A stretch of DNA of 64,000 nucleotides from Bacillota bacterium (GCA_021799435.1 JAJZAN010000003.1:15253-79252), one strand, 5' to 3'. Shown: positions 50,073 to 59,763, counted from the stretch's first letter. Notes: a model not told the origin generated them from the letters alone. Numbers and translations are program-made.

Positions 50073-51176
50073 ATGAAACGAACGGGCACCGCTACCGCTC
50101 CCCTGCACGGGGGCCACTGCCCCCCGTGGCTTTTTGAGCAAATGCAAACGCTCGGGGCCGCCATGGTCGAAGCCATCGTCGTCGAGTATGGAACCGAGGA
50201 AGTCCTTCGGCGCCTCGCAGATCCGGTCTGGTTTCAGGCCTTCGGCTCCGTGCTGGGATTTGACTGGCACTCCTCAGGTTTGACCACCGTGGTATTAGGT
50301 GCGTTGAAAGAATCGTGGGCGGCGCGCGCCGGTGATTATGGCCTCTTTTTCGCGGGCGGCAAGGGCAAAGCCTCCCGCCGTACTCCTGAAGAGATTGACA
50401 ACTGGGGAAGCCAGTGCGGTTTGGCGGTGCCGTCTGAGACCCTTACCGACGCCAGCCGCATGGCGGCGAAGGTGGACAGCGCCTTGGTCCAGGACGGTTA
50501 CCAACTCTATCATCATGTGTTTGTGTTCGATCGCACGGGACAGTGGACGGTTGTTCAGCAGGGCATGAACGAAGGAAACCGACAGGCCCGGCGCTATCAC
50601 TGGCACAGCGCAGAAGTGCACAGCTTCACGTTGGAACCCCACCAAGCCATCATGGGTCGGCCGCAGGCCGAGGTTCTAGATCTGAGTGCGAGTGTGCATC
50701 AACCGGTCCAAGACGCCTCGGTGGAGTCGGCGCGCCACCCGGAAACAGCCTTGACGACCCTGCGGAAACTAACCGAATCTGCCGACGGATCCCGTCATCT
50801 CATCATGCCGCAGCGACATTACGTTCCCAAGCCCGGATACTTCAATAAGATTCTCTTCAAGATTTACGAAGCGGATCCTGCCAATTACGCCGAGCTGGTG
50901 GCACTGCCGGGTGTGGGCGCCAGTACCTTGCGGGCGTTGGCCATGGTGTCAGAAGTGGTCCATGGCACCGCGCTGACCTTTCGAGATCCGGTGCGCTATA
51001 GTTTTGCCCATGGGGGAAAGGACGGTACCCCGTTTCCAGTGCACCGCCCTGATTACCTGGCCACCATCGACTCCTTGGAACGTGCCATCCGCTTCGCAAA
51101 GCTGGGGGACCTGGACAAGATGAAGACCTTCCGCCGCCTGAGCCAAATTGCCGGACCAACGCCTACTTCTGTTTGA
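50073..51176 (+). CDS. DUF763-family protein with C-terminal helix-hairpin-helix motif
   Basis: TATAPLHGGHCPPWLFEQM...DPVWFQAFGSVLGFDWHSSGLTTVVLGALKE matches my memory of DUF763. The HhH-like motif is ELVALPGVGASTLRALA. Confidence 0.7.
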   Translation: MKRTGTATAPLHGGHCPPWLFEQMQTLGAAMVEAIVVEYGTEEVLRRLADPVWFQAFGSVLGFDWHSSGLTTVVLGALKESWAARAGDYGLFFAGGKGKASRRTPEEIDNWGSQCGLAVPSETLTDASRMAAKVDSALVQDGYQLYHHVFVFDRTGQWTVVQQGMNEGNRQARRYHWHSAEVHSFTLEPHQAIMGRPQAEVLDLSASVHQPVQDASVESARHPETALTTLRKLTESADGSRHLIMPQRHYVPKPGYFNKILFKIYEADPANYAELVALPGVGASTLRALAMVSEVVHGTALTFRDPVRYSFAHGGKDGTPFPVHRPDYLATIDSLERAIRFAKLGDLDKMKTFRRLSQIAGPTPTSV

Positions 51177-51384
51177 AGGTTTTACAAGCTGTCTCCATGC
51201 AGGTTTGGGTCGGCGTTTCTCCAATTTCGCTTACAATCATCGATGTTTGGGCAGCGTCCACTGACTCGGGATATTCGCGCGCAGCGCGGTCCGACGTCAC
51301 AAGAATACTGTCGGCCCCGCAATAATTTTCCTGCGCCCAAAAATAGCAGTTGTTCACCGTACAGCGAACTTGAACGTTAGGCAT
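51163..51384 (-). CDS. DUF1540-domain protein
   Basis: VRCTVNNCYFWAQENYCGADSILV plus a second C..C half. GGGAGGGAAC RBS. 14-nt convergent overlap with the DUF763 gene. Confidence 0.75.
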   Translation of the reverse strand: MPNVQVRCTVNNCYFWAQENYCGADSILVTSDRAAREYPESVDAAQTSMIVSEIGETPTQTCMETACKTFKQK

Positions 51385-51593
51385 GAGGTTCCCTCCCTAG
51401 TTATGATGACTCACAGTGCTATCCTCTCCCGTCCCCGTCGAATCATGCGCGTCCGATCGGGGCGGGAAGGTGGAAAGAAGCTTATCCATCAACACACCTG
51501 TGATATGTTTTTAAATCCTGTCCAGCCCGGCGCCTGAACGCGGTATAGCGGCATTCACCGGCCGAGACACTATGGGGCAGGAGGTTTCAAAAA

Positions 51594-52022
51594 ATGCATG
51601 CACTTCATGTGGTCTTGGCGTCGGACGGCTCGGAAGGTGCGCTGAGAGCCGCTGGATGGCTAAAGGCCAACTTCTCGCCGAGCGACGTCCGCGTCACCGT
51701 CGTGACCGTCCATCATGCCCCCATCGATGTCGGCTCGCCCACCTTTGCACCCGAACCAGCCTATGCTGAACAGATGGAAGACGCCGCCATTAACGAAGCG
51801 CGCCGCGCCGTTTCTCGCACCGAAGAAGCATTGGCGGACTTCCGACCCGACTGCCACGTGATCGGCGGCATGCCCATGGCCGAAATCCTTATTCAGTTTG
51901 CGACCGATCATCGCGCCGACGTCATCGTGACCGGCAGACGGGCTCGAGGAGGTCTTGGGCTGGGAAGCATCTCACGCGCCCTGGCCCACAACGCGCCGGT
52001 GCCAATCTGGGTCATTCCGTAG
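51594..52022 (+). CDS. universal stress protein (UspA family)
   Basis: HVVLASDGSE...ADVIVTGRRARGGLGLGSISRALAHNAPVPIWVI. GGAGG RBS. Confidence 0.85.
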   Translation: MHALHVVLASDGSEGALRAAGWLKANFSPSDVRVTVVTVHHAPIDVGSPTFAPEPAYAEQMEDAAINEARRAVSRTEEALADFRPDCHVIGGMPMAEILIQFATDHRADVIVTGRRARGGLGLGSISRALAHNAPVPIWVIP

Positions 52023-52198
52023 CCATTGTGCCTAGGGCTAACCATCGCCACACCCGTCAACACGCATGGCTCGGCCCATCCCAACGGCTGAGCCATAAAC
52101 ATTCATTGCGAGCGGACCACCTGCCAGCGTGGGCAGGATTTTACCGACCGTTTTTCGAAGTACAGTCGTCATACAGGGAAAACGAAAGAAGGAAAACC

Positions 52199-53152
52199 AT
52201 GGCACATGACGACTTGCTGTCCACAGCCCACCAACTGCTGGATGAGATAGACCGCTGGGTGCTCGGAAAGCGACGCCAAGCCACCCTCCTGCTCACGACA
52301 TGGCTGGCAGGGGGACATGTTCTGTTAGATGATGTTCCTGGGGTCGCCAAGACACGGCTGGCTCGCACCGTGGCACGGCTGACGGACCTTAGCTTTGCCC
52401 GTGTGCAAGGCACCCCGGACCTCTTGCCGCAGGACATTACCGGCGGTCCCATATACAACATGAAAACCGGCGAATTGGTCTTCCGTCCCGGTCCCGTGTT
52501 TCACCACATCGTGCTGGTGGATGAGATTAACCGCACTACACCACGGACTCAGGCGGCACTGTTGGAGTGCATGGAGGAGCGGCAGGTCACGGCCGATGGC
52601 ATCACCCATCCTCTGCCGGAGCCCTTCTTGGTCATTGCCACCCAGAATCCCGTAGAAATGGAGGGGACCTTCCCGCTCCCGGAAGCGGAATTGGATCGCT
52701 TCTTAATATCTTTGTCGCTGGGCTATCCAGACCCCGCCGACGAACGACGGCTCGTCGACAATTTTTCGCGCCAGGAAGACTGGAGCCAAGCCACACCTGT
52801 ATTGGACGGCGAAGGCTTAAAGCGTCTCACAGCCGCCGCGCAAGCGGTATCGCTGAACGACGCCGCCTTAGACTACTTGGTAGCCGTGTGCCGGCAAACG
52901 CGTGAACACCCTCTGGTGGCCTTGGGCGCATCACCGCGAACCACTGTGCGGTTCGCCCAAGCCGCGCGAGCCTGGGCATTCCTGGACGGCCGCGCGTTTG
53001 TGACCCCCGACGACATCAAGCTGTTGGCCCCATACGTGCTGGGCCATCGATTGCAGCCTAGCAGCGCAGCCGCCGTGAGTCGCGTCTCGGGCCGGCTGTT
53101 GGTCGAACAGGTACTGGAATCAGTACCGGTTCCCGTGGAACAAACACCGTGA
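52199..53152 (+). CDS. MoxR-family AAA+ ATPase
   Basis: Walker A DDVPGVAKT, Walker B LVDEINR, and ATQNP.EMEGTFPLPEAELDRF. ATG 52199 has an AAGGAAAA RBS. Confidence 0.9.
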   Translation: MAHDDLLSTAHQLLDEIDRWVLGKRRQATLLLTTWLAGGHVLLDDVPGVAKTRLARTVARLTDLSFARVQGTPDLLPQDITGGPIYNMKTGELVFRPGPVFHHIVLVDEINRTTPRTQAALLECMEERQVTADGITHPLPEPFLVIATQNPVEMEGTFPLPEAELDRFLISLSLGYPDPADERRLVDNFSRQEDWSQATPVLDGEGLKRLTAAAQAVSLNDAALDYLVAVCRQTREHPLVALGASPRTTVRFAQAARAWAFLDGRAFVTPDDIKLLAPYVLGHRLQPSSAAAVSRVSGRLLVEQVLESVPVPVEQTP

Positions 53153-54369
53153 TCTGGAAAGCCTGGCGACAGGAGAGCATGCCTCTCTTGGCGTTCTTGG
53201 TGTCTGTGGTAGGGCTCGTCACGGACCACGTGACGGTGCTGTTGGTCGGCCTATTTTTCTTGGGATTGACTATTTTGGCCACCCAGTTGGCCCGACACAC
53301 CTTGCAGAACATGACCGTCACGAGCCATATCGTCCAGTCCTATACCGAATTGGGCCAGCCCGTAAGTGCCGAGATGGTGATTCAAAATCCGCTTCCCTGG
53401 CCTATTCTTGATGTTCAGTGGAAGATTGATCTACCCCAGGCGCTCACCCCACGCGGCGTAGGAACGGCGCTCCTAAAGCCGGGCGGGGCACGGCAAACGT
53501 TGACTGGCACAATCTGGGTCGCTTCCCGACAGCGTGTGCGGATTCAATACCAACTGACCGGCCAATCGCGGGGACGATGGCACATTGGTCCCGGCTCCCT
53601 CGTATTTCGGGATCCGTTGTCTTGGAACGAGCTCGTCCGAGAAGACCCCACCGGCCACGAACTCACTGTGTGGCCGCGGCGCGTGCCGCTCCCCGGCACG
53701 TTCTGGTCCGCGTCCCAGCTTCTAGGTCCCCAGAAGGGGCAGCCTTGGGACAGCCCGGACCCGCTGCGGGTTGTGGGCGTACGTCCTTATCAACCCGGCG
53801 ACTCAGTACGGCACATTGCCCCCTATGCCTCTGCACGCCTGCAGGAACTGATGGTTAAACAACTGGAACCCGTCACGGAGCGCACCGTGGAAATTTTTCT
53901 CCATCCCAAGACCACCGAGGCGCACTGGCATGGCGTTGACGTAGAATTGTTGGAGGACACCATTTCATCCGCTGCCAGCGTGGCCGAAGCAGCGGTGGTC
54001 GAGGACCTTAAGGTTGGACTGTCATCCACTGGGGCGGTGCCAGGCCACATCCGAGGATTCACCCTCGCACCCCGCGATCGCCACGACCCCGGCGATTTGC
54101 TGACCGCCTTGGCATGGCTCCAACCCAGCGGCACCATGGATGACGATTTGGTCCATGTACTGGCCCGCATTGATAAACGTCTCAACCCCGGCACTGTACT
54201 GGTGGTCGTCTCTCCGTATTGGCCCGACCAGTTGACGGAACGGCTGGAGGTCAAGGTGCGGCGGGGACTCCGCGTGTTGTTCCTCACGAGCGGCGACCGC
54301 ATCCGCCGTACGCCGGAATGGATTCGCGAGATCTGGCACTTCGACCAAGGGGGATGGACGCGTGAATAA
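53149..54369 (+). CDS. DUF58-domain protein (vWA-like), two N-terminal TM helices
   Basis: VGVRPYQPGDSVRHIAPYASARLQELMVKQLE is the DUF58 signature. GTGA overlap with moxR. Confidence 0.85.
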   Translation: MIWKAWRQESMPLLAFLVSVVGLVTDHVTVLLVGLFFLGLTILATQLARHTLQNMTVTSHIVQSYTELGQPVSAEMVIQNPLPWPILDVQWKIDLPQALTPRGVGTALLKPGGARQTLTGTIWVASRQRVRIQYQLTGQSRGRWHIGPGSLVFRDPLSWNELVREDPTGHELTVWPRRVPLPGTFWSASQLLGPQKGQPWDSPDPLRVVGVRPYQPGDSVRHIAPYASARLQELMVKQLEPVTERTVEIFLHPKTTEAHWHGVDVELLEDTISSAASVAEAAVVEDLKVGLSSTGAVPGHIRGFTLAPRDRHDPGDLLTALAWLQPSGTMDDDLVHVLARIDKRLNPGTVLVVVSPYWPDQLTERLEVKVRRGLRVLFLTSGDRIRRTPEWIREIWHFDQGGWTRE

Positions 54370-55438
54370 CCAGCGGACTCGGCTTCAAGCTCTTTATCTC
54401 GTCGCTTTCTGGTCTCTGGCCTTGGCCTTAAAACTCCCCTGGCCCATTTGGCTCTCAATCGCCCTGGCCTCGGCTCCTGCCTTGATGCGTGGGCGACGGC
54501 CGTTATGGCGCTTCCTTGTCGCTTTGGCTGCAACCGCGCTCGCTTATGTGACCGTACCCGACCCTTTTGGCGTCGCGCTGACGGCCATCACCGCCTTTTC
54601 AAGTTTGTATCTCACCCGTCACGCCCAACCCTCGGGCGATCGCGCCGCGATGATGACCCTGGCCCTGACCGCAACCGCCGCATTTATCCGCCCCTTGGCC
54701 GCTGTGGGATTCATTCCCCTCACTGGGCTGGCCGTCCTCGCCCTCGTGAAAGGAGGGGAAACCGATCCGGCTACGGAACGGCACCGCACCCGTCTGGCTG
54801 CCTACTTAGCCCTGGCGGCCGCGGCCGGCGCGGTCATTATCGGCTTTCTGGCCAGTCTGTTTCCCTGGCAATTGGCTCTGGCTGGCATCTTCACGGCTCT
54901 CGCTTATCCCTTTGTCAAGCTGCTGAGCCTTTTAGGACCGCTTCACCATCCTTTACGGCACGGTTTCCACCCCCACGTCGCCGTCCCGGCCAACGTTCGC
55001 GGCACCCGGGGATCGGCGCACATTCCTTCCTCATTGCATATCGGGTTGATTGCCGTGGTGGTGCTGGTAATTCTGGTCCTCATCTATTTGGCGTATCGCC
55101 ACTTCAGGAAAGATGACGAGACGGTCTTCGACACCTCCAACGAGGCCGGAATTGTGCGGGAATCGCTCGGAGATGCCGATGTGACCGTGCTGTGGCCGCG
55201 CCGCGGCGGCCGCCTCAGCCCGGTGCGGGGACTGGTACGGATTCGCCTCAGAACCGCTGTCCGGCGTCAGAATGGCAGACACCCTGCGGAAACCCTGCGA
55301 GAGTGGCTGGCGCGGACTCCCTTGCCGCCCGAGAACCAGGCCACCGTGGCCCATACCTATGAGGCTATTCGTTATGGCGACCACGACGACACGCTCGACA
55401 AGCGCCGTCATGTCGAGTCGCATTGGCCCAAGGCATAG
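54362..55438 (+). CDS. polytopic membrane protein with C-terminal DUF4129 domain (no transglutaminase core; no Cys)
   Basis: At least 6 TM segments, then ETLREWLARTPLP...VAHTYEAIRYGDH. 8-nt overlap with the DUF58 gene. Confidence 0.7.
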   Translation: MNNQRTRLQALYLVAFWSLALALKLPWPIWLSIALASAPALMRGRRPLWRFLVALAATALAYVTVPDPFGVALTAITAFSSLYLTRHAQPSGDRAAMMTLALTATAAFIRPLAAVGFIPLTGLAVLALVKGGETDPATERHRTRLAAYLALAAAAGAVIIGFLASLFPWQLALAGIFTALAYPFVKLLSLLGPLHHPLRHGFHPHVAVPANVRGTRGSAHIPSSLHIGLIAVVVLVILVLIYLAYRHFRKDDETVFDTSNEAGIVRESLGDADVTVLWPRRGGRLSPVRGLVRIRLRTAVRRQNGRHPAETLREWLARTPLPPENQATVAHTYEAIRYGDHDDTLDKRRHVESHWPKA

Positions 55439-55479
55439 GCTCTCCCCCGTCCACATAGGACTCAGGGAGAGGTGGCGCC

Positions 55480-56511
55480 ATGATCCCGTGGCTGAATCAT
55501 ATTGTAGTCTATACCCTGGAGAATCGGTCCTTTGACCAACTGCTGGGACAATGTCCTGGTGTAGCCGGATTTGGCCCGGATATCCGTCTTGCCGGGCCGG
55601 ACGGAAATGGGGTCTCTTCGTTTCCCATGTATCGGTACTCCGGATCCCAATGCGCCAATCCCACGCACACCTGGGTGAAAATTCACGAAGCTTGGAACCA
55701 GGGAGGCATGGATGGATTCGTTAAAGCCAACGGTCCCGACGTAATGGGATACTTTCCCATCACCCGCTTTCCCGCCTTTATCAAGGCGGTTCAAGAGGGC
55801 ATCGTACTGGATCAGTACTTCTCTTCTGTGTTGGGCCCCACCATGCCGAATCGTTTATACCAAATTGCCGGCACCAGCCATGGGTTGCGGGATGATCCGC
55901 CCATTTTCGGGTCTGATCAGTTTCACATGCCCACCCTGTTTGATCAGTTGTCCCGCCATCGCGTAGCCTGGACCTACTACATCGGAGACTACGGCTTGGG
56001 ATCGATTGGCCGGACCATCGCAAAACAAGCATTGTTCTGCCCTCTGCTGTGGTTTCCCCGATTCCTCCGACGGCCGCTCAACCGACATTTAATGCCACTC
56101 GGCGGATTCTTCCGCGATGTCCAGACCCGACGTCTACCCGCGGTCTCGTTCCTGGCCCCGCGTTACCTGCGGTCGGCACACCCACCCTTTCCAGTTCAGT
56201 GGGGACTCGCCTCAGCACTACATGTGCTGCGCACCCTCAGATCCTCCCCGCTGTGGAAAAACACCCTATACATTCTGCAGTTCGACGAAGCGGGCGGATT
56301 TTTCGATCCAGTGCCGCCCCCAATCGTGGACAGTTTTGGTCTCGGGATTCGCGTTCCTGCGGTATTGTGGTCGGGTCGCGCTGAACCGGGTGTGTGTCAC
56401 ACCGTCTTTGACCACACCTCGGTTCTGCGATTCATCGAAGAGCAATATGAACTGCCCTTGTTAGGGGAAAGGACCGCGCAGATGGCGTCCTTGGCTTTAG
56501 CCCTGGTTTGA
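55480..56511 (+). CDS. phosphoesterase-family protein (phospholipase C / AcpA acid phosphatase family)
   Basis: NHIVVYTLENRSFDQLLG is the family N-terminal signature. No signal peptide seen. Short for the family at 343 aa. Confidence 0.7.
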   Translation: MIPWLNHIVVYTLENRSFDQLLGQCPGVAGFGPDIRLAGPDGNGVSSFPMYRYSGSQCANPTHTWVKIHEAWNQGGMDGFVKANGPDVMGYFPITRFPAFIKAVQEGIVLDQYFSSVLGPTMPNRLYQIAGTSHGLRDDPPIFGSDQFHMPTLFDQLSRHRVAWTYYIGDYGLGSIGRTIAKQALFCPLLWFPRFLRRPLNRHLMPLGGFFRDVQTRRLPAVSFLAPRYLRSAHPPFPVQWGLASALHVLRTLRSSPLWKNTLYILQFDEAGGFFDPVPPPIVDSFGLGIRVPAVLWSGRAEPGVCHTVFDHTSVLRFIEEQYELPLLGERTAQMASLALALV

Positions 56512-57159
56512 CACCTGCCTAATCGCGCTCTGAGCCCGACTGATGGTCAAGGCGCCCTGAACGCGAGAAGCCAGCTGGCCGCGCCGATTCAAGAGCAAAA
56601 TGGTCGGGAAATTCGATACGCTCCAGTACTTCAGGCCTTGGGGATCGACATAGACATGAACGTTGGAGGCTTGAAGGTGAAACTGTTTGATATAATTCTC
56701 CATCGTGCGGTTCATCCCCGCCGCCCCGACCACAGGTCCAGGATTGTCATGCCCCGTAAAGGCAGGTGCCTTCGGCCCCGGATCCCCGATACCGCTGTAT
56801 GTGGACACATCAATGATGTCCAGAACCAGACCCTTGGTGTGAAGGATCGTGGGCCACACATATTTGTCCTCATACGCGCAATAGAGACACCAACTGGCCA
56901 TGAGCATCACCACCGTGACGCGCGAGCCGCGCGCCAAGTGGGCGGGTTTGAGGCTGCCCAGGTGGTAAGCTTGATATTGCCAGGTGAATCCGCTCGAGGG
57001 CAGGGGCGGTTCGCTAATCTTGGGCACGGAGCCCGACTGCGCCGAGGGCGAACGGGGACTTAACCCCCGGTACCCGAGAAACAAGACTGCGACCGCTGCC
57101 AATGCCACCACCACCCAAATCCAGGGGCTGGGTGCCGTGCGTCCCGATTGTTTCGCCAT
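56497..57159 (-). CDS. membrane-anchored thioredoxin-fold thiol:disulfide oxidoreductase
   Basis: N-terminal TM WIWVVVALAAVAVLFL and WCLYC CxxC motif. Confidence 0.7.
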   Translation of the reverse strand: MAKQSGRTAPSPWIWVVVALAAVAVLFLGYRGLSPRSPSAQSGSVPKISEPPLPSSGFTWQYQAYHLGSLKPAHLARGSRVTVVMLMASWCLYCAYEDKYVWPTILHTKGLVLDIIDVSTYSGIGDPGPKAPAFTGHDNPGPVVGAAGMNRTMENYIKQFHLQASNVHVYVDPQGLKYWSVSNFPTILLLNRRGQLASRVQGALTISRAQSAIRQVSNQG

Positions 57160-57227
57160 TTAGAGCCTCCGTGGAATACGCGTGTTATCTGTGGGTTAGT
57201 GTAGCATAATGCCGAGGAGGTGCGGCC

Positions 57228-58379
57228 ATGCCCAACATCGTCATTGCCGGAGGCGGGATTGCAGGGCTGACGCTTGCTTCAGCCCTGTCGCGAAAAGGCC
57301 GTCCCGTGACCGTGCTCGAGGCTCGCCGAAGAGAAGACACGCGAGGAGGAGCGGCTTTGGCGATGGCGCCCAATGCGGTATGGGTTCTGCGCCGCTTGGG
57401 GCTGGCCGATGCCGTAACCGCTGCGGGAACCCGCATCACCCGCTACGCATTTCGGCGCGAATCCGGAGCAGAACTAAAAACGGTATCCTTCCAGCCCTTG
57501 GAGGCAGTCTGGCACGAATCCGCGTGGTGCGTGCCGCGAGCTCATATTCTCGAGGTCTTGGCGTCAACCCTCCCGCCTGAGGCACTCCGTCTGGAGGCGC
57601 CCCTCGAAACGGTACGTTGGAACGGCCGGGGTTTCGATTTGTCGGGTCCCTTTGGGCGCCTCTCGGCCGATCTGTTAGTCGGGGCCGACGGGGCCCACTC
57701 AATTGTCCGGGAGCAGTTGTGGCCGCCCGCACCGCCCCAATATCAAGGGTTCGTAGCGGTACGCGGGATCCTGGCGCATCGGTTGCTGCCGTCTCAACAA
57801 GACACCGCCGTCCAGACATGGGGTGCCCATGGCGAGTTTGGATATAGTGCGATGGGCCCAGATGCGGTGTACTGGTTTGCCACTTTTCGTTGGGCCGACC
57901 CCGAGAACCTGCCGGATTGGACCGCCGTGCTGACCGAAATGGCGCCGTGGGGCAGCCTAGCGAGTGAGTTCGCCCACCGCACCCCGTCGACAGCCCGCCT
58001 CATACACCCCATTTACGACCGAGTGGTCCCCTTCGCCGATCTTGGCATCCCTTGCACACTCATCGGAGACGCGGCCCACTGGATGACACCCAACACGGGG
58101 CAGGGAGCCTGCCAAGGCATTTTGGATGCGTGGGTCTTGGCAGAACAATTAGTCCAGACCTCGAATGTCCGCACCGCGCTGTCCCGATATCGGGAAATTC
58201 GCCTGAAACGGGCCTTGCGGGTGGCGCGCCTGTCCCACATGCTGGGCCGTATCATCCATGACCCGAGACATTGGCCTCAGAACCTCGTGGCCCGGCTTTT
58301 GCCGTGGACGCCTAGTACAGTGATTCAGCGGGCCATGGCAGAAGCCGTGGGATCCCCGCGGCAGCTGGGGCTGGAATAG
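57228..58379 (+). CDS. FAD-dependent monooxygenase
   Basis: VIAGGGIAGLTLASAL, GADGAHS and GDAAHWMTPNTGQGACQG. Confidence 0.88.
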   Translation: MPNIVIAGGGIAGLTLASALSRKGRPVTVLEARRREDTRGGAALAMAPNAVWVLRRLGLADAVTAAGTRITRYAFRRESGAELKTVSFQPLEAVWHESAWCVPRAHILEVLASTLPPEALRLEAPLETVRWNGRGFDLSGPFGRLSADLLVGADGAHSIVREQLWPPAPPQYQGFVAVRGILAHRLLPSQQDTAVQTWGAHGEFGYSAMGPDAVYWFATFRWADPENLPDWTAVLTEMAPWGSLASEFAHRTPSTARLIHPIYDRVVPFADLGIPCTLIGDAAHWMTPNTGQGACQGILDAWVLAEQLVQTSNVRTALSRYREIRLKRALRVARLSHMLGRIIHDPRHWPQNLVARLLPWTPSTVIQRAMAEAVGSPRQLGLE

Positions 58380-58456
58380 AGCCATGGCACGATAGAAACG
58401 GGCCGAAGAAGCCGCTCCGTCTCTCACGAGCGCGTTCGATGCGGGGGTCCTCGCTT

Positions 58457-58945
58457 TTAGACTTTGTACCGATGCACTAAATCTCCCCCGTGGGCCGCAG
58501 TGAACAGCATCATGACCACGGCGCCCGTGACCAAGAGCCCCGTCCAGAAGGTGAGACGGCCACGGCCGGTCCCAGCCCAAGTCCAAGCATCGTCTATAGC
58601 GGCGCGGCGCGTACTGAACTTAGTGAGGGCCTGCGTAACCCATGCCAGAGCGGTGAGGCCCGTTGTCGCATAGGCATCCAGTTCGTGTCGGCTAATGAGG
58701 GACTTCACGGCGGGCGTTTGAGTTACCAAGGCCGCCGCCACTTTGCCGGTTATCAGGGCTCCGACGAGACTCAAAAGCGCTAAGGTTAGGACCCAAAAGC
58801 CGGCCCGGTCGAAAAACCGATCCGGCCGTGGCCCGAAAAGGATGCCAACGAAGTCGATGAGAAAGGCTAAACTTAAAGAAGCAATGGGAAAGTGGACGAG
58901 CATAGCGTGAATGATGCCAAAGTGAGCGGTGATATGAATCGCCAT
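58457..58945 (-). CDS. DUF2231-domain membrane protein
   Basis: HAMLVHFPIASLSLAFLIDF and C-terminal GGDLVH. ATG 58945 has a GCGGAGGA RBS 7 nt upstream. The ORF-track start is 58999. Confidence 0.75.
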   Translation of the reverse strand: MAIHITAHFGIIHAMLVHFPIASLSLAFLIDFVGILFGPRPDRFFDRAGFWVLTLALLSLVGALITGKVAAALVTQTPAVKSLISRHELDAYATTGLTALAWVTQALTKFSTRRAAIDDAWTWAGTGRGRLTFWTGLLVTGAVVMMLFTAAHGGDLVHRYKV

Positions 58946-59289
58946 CCGAGGGTCCTCCGCGAAAGCCTTACGGAAAGGATGTCCGCTTTTTCTCGCCACT
59001 ATCCCCGATACGGGAATAGGCGGAGTCAGCGATTACCCTCCAGTAGTATCGTATCATCCCGTCAACGGGCACCGCTTGGCATAGCTGGCGGCGCGGGGAA
59101 TGAACCCATCCGAGCATGATGTCTCCCCGGCCGGCAGTGAGAGCGGCAACAGGTCCTTTGGGTCGTGCTCCCGCGTCGTGCGGGTGACTATGGGGGGGTA
59201 GCTCGTACCGGCGGCAACCGGCAACATCTCTTAACCCCCGAGGGAGTGCCACAACGAGGCCATGAGCGGCGTGGGGATGAGGTGCTCTT

Positions 59290-59763
59290 TTATGACAGGG
59301 TAAAAATAAACTCCTCCGAGTCCTCCTGCCGGGCGTTGGCGAATCCGCTTCCCTCGTCCGTGATGACAAACCCACACTTCTCTAATACCCGGCGCGATGC
59401 GATATTGTCCTTTGCCGCGCGGGCGTACAACGGGCGGGTCGCTATGCGGGGCAGAAATTGTAACAGCGCCTCCGTCGCGATGCCTTTGTTCCACTGCGCT
59501 CGGTCGATCCAATAACTGACTTCCCGCTCGCCGAACTGCTCAAAACTCGACACATGCCCCACAACCAGATCGTGGTTGAGCGTGATACACTGCTTCACGA
59601 TCCCGTCGTCGGCAAGAATTCGCGTCCAATGCTGGTGAAACGCCGCCCAGTCGTCAGGATCCTCGGCGGTGAAAGCCGCCATATAGTTTGCGACGGGGTC
59701 CTTCTGGAACTCAAAGAAGGTCGGGAGGTCGCTCTCTTCCACAGGTCTCAATTGGACAACCAC
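59290..59763 (-). CDS. GNAT-family N-acetyltransferase (RimJ/RimL-like)
   Basis: LRPVEESDLPTFFEF...WNKGIATEAL...NIASRRVLEKCGF. Confidence 0.85.
   Translation of the reverse strand: MVVQLRPVEESDLPTFFEFQKDPVANYMAAFTAEDPDDWAAFHQHWTRILADDGIVKQCITLNHDLVVGHVSSFEQFGEREVSYWIDRAQWNKGIATEALLQFLPRIATRPLYARAAKDNIASRRVLEKCGFVITDEGSGFANARQEDSEEFIFTLS

Noticed and set aside
51385-51593. Forespore (sigmaG/F) promoter upstream of the DUF1540 gene
   Set aside because: CATCATA fits a CATnnTA -10, but no GnATR -35 lies at the required 17-18 nt spacing, and the element sits almost on the RBS.
53823-54533. 236-aa minus-strand ORF
   Set aside because: It is antisense to the DUF58/DUF4129 gene junction and Arg/Ser-rich, with no RBS.
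58946-59289. 340-nt apparently non-coding gap upstream of the DUF2231 gene as an sRNA or riboswitch
   Set aside because: It contains only one short imperfect hairpin (CTATTCCC...GGGGATAG). I recognise no motif and see no convincing promoter/terminator pair. The overlapping 135-aa ORF is Arg/Pro-rich junk.
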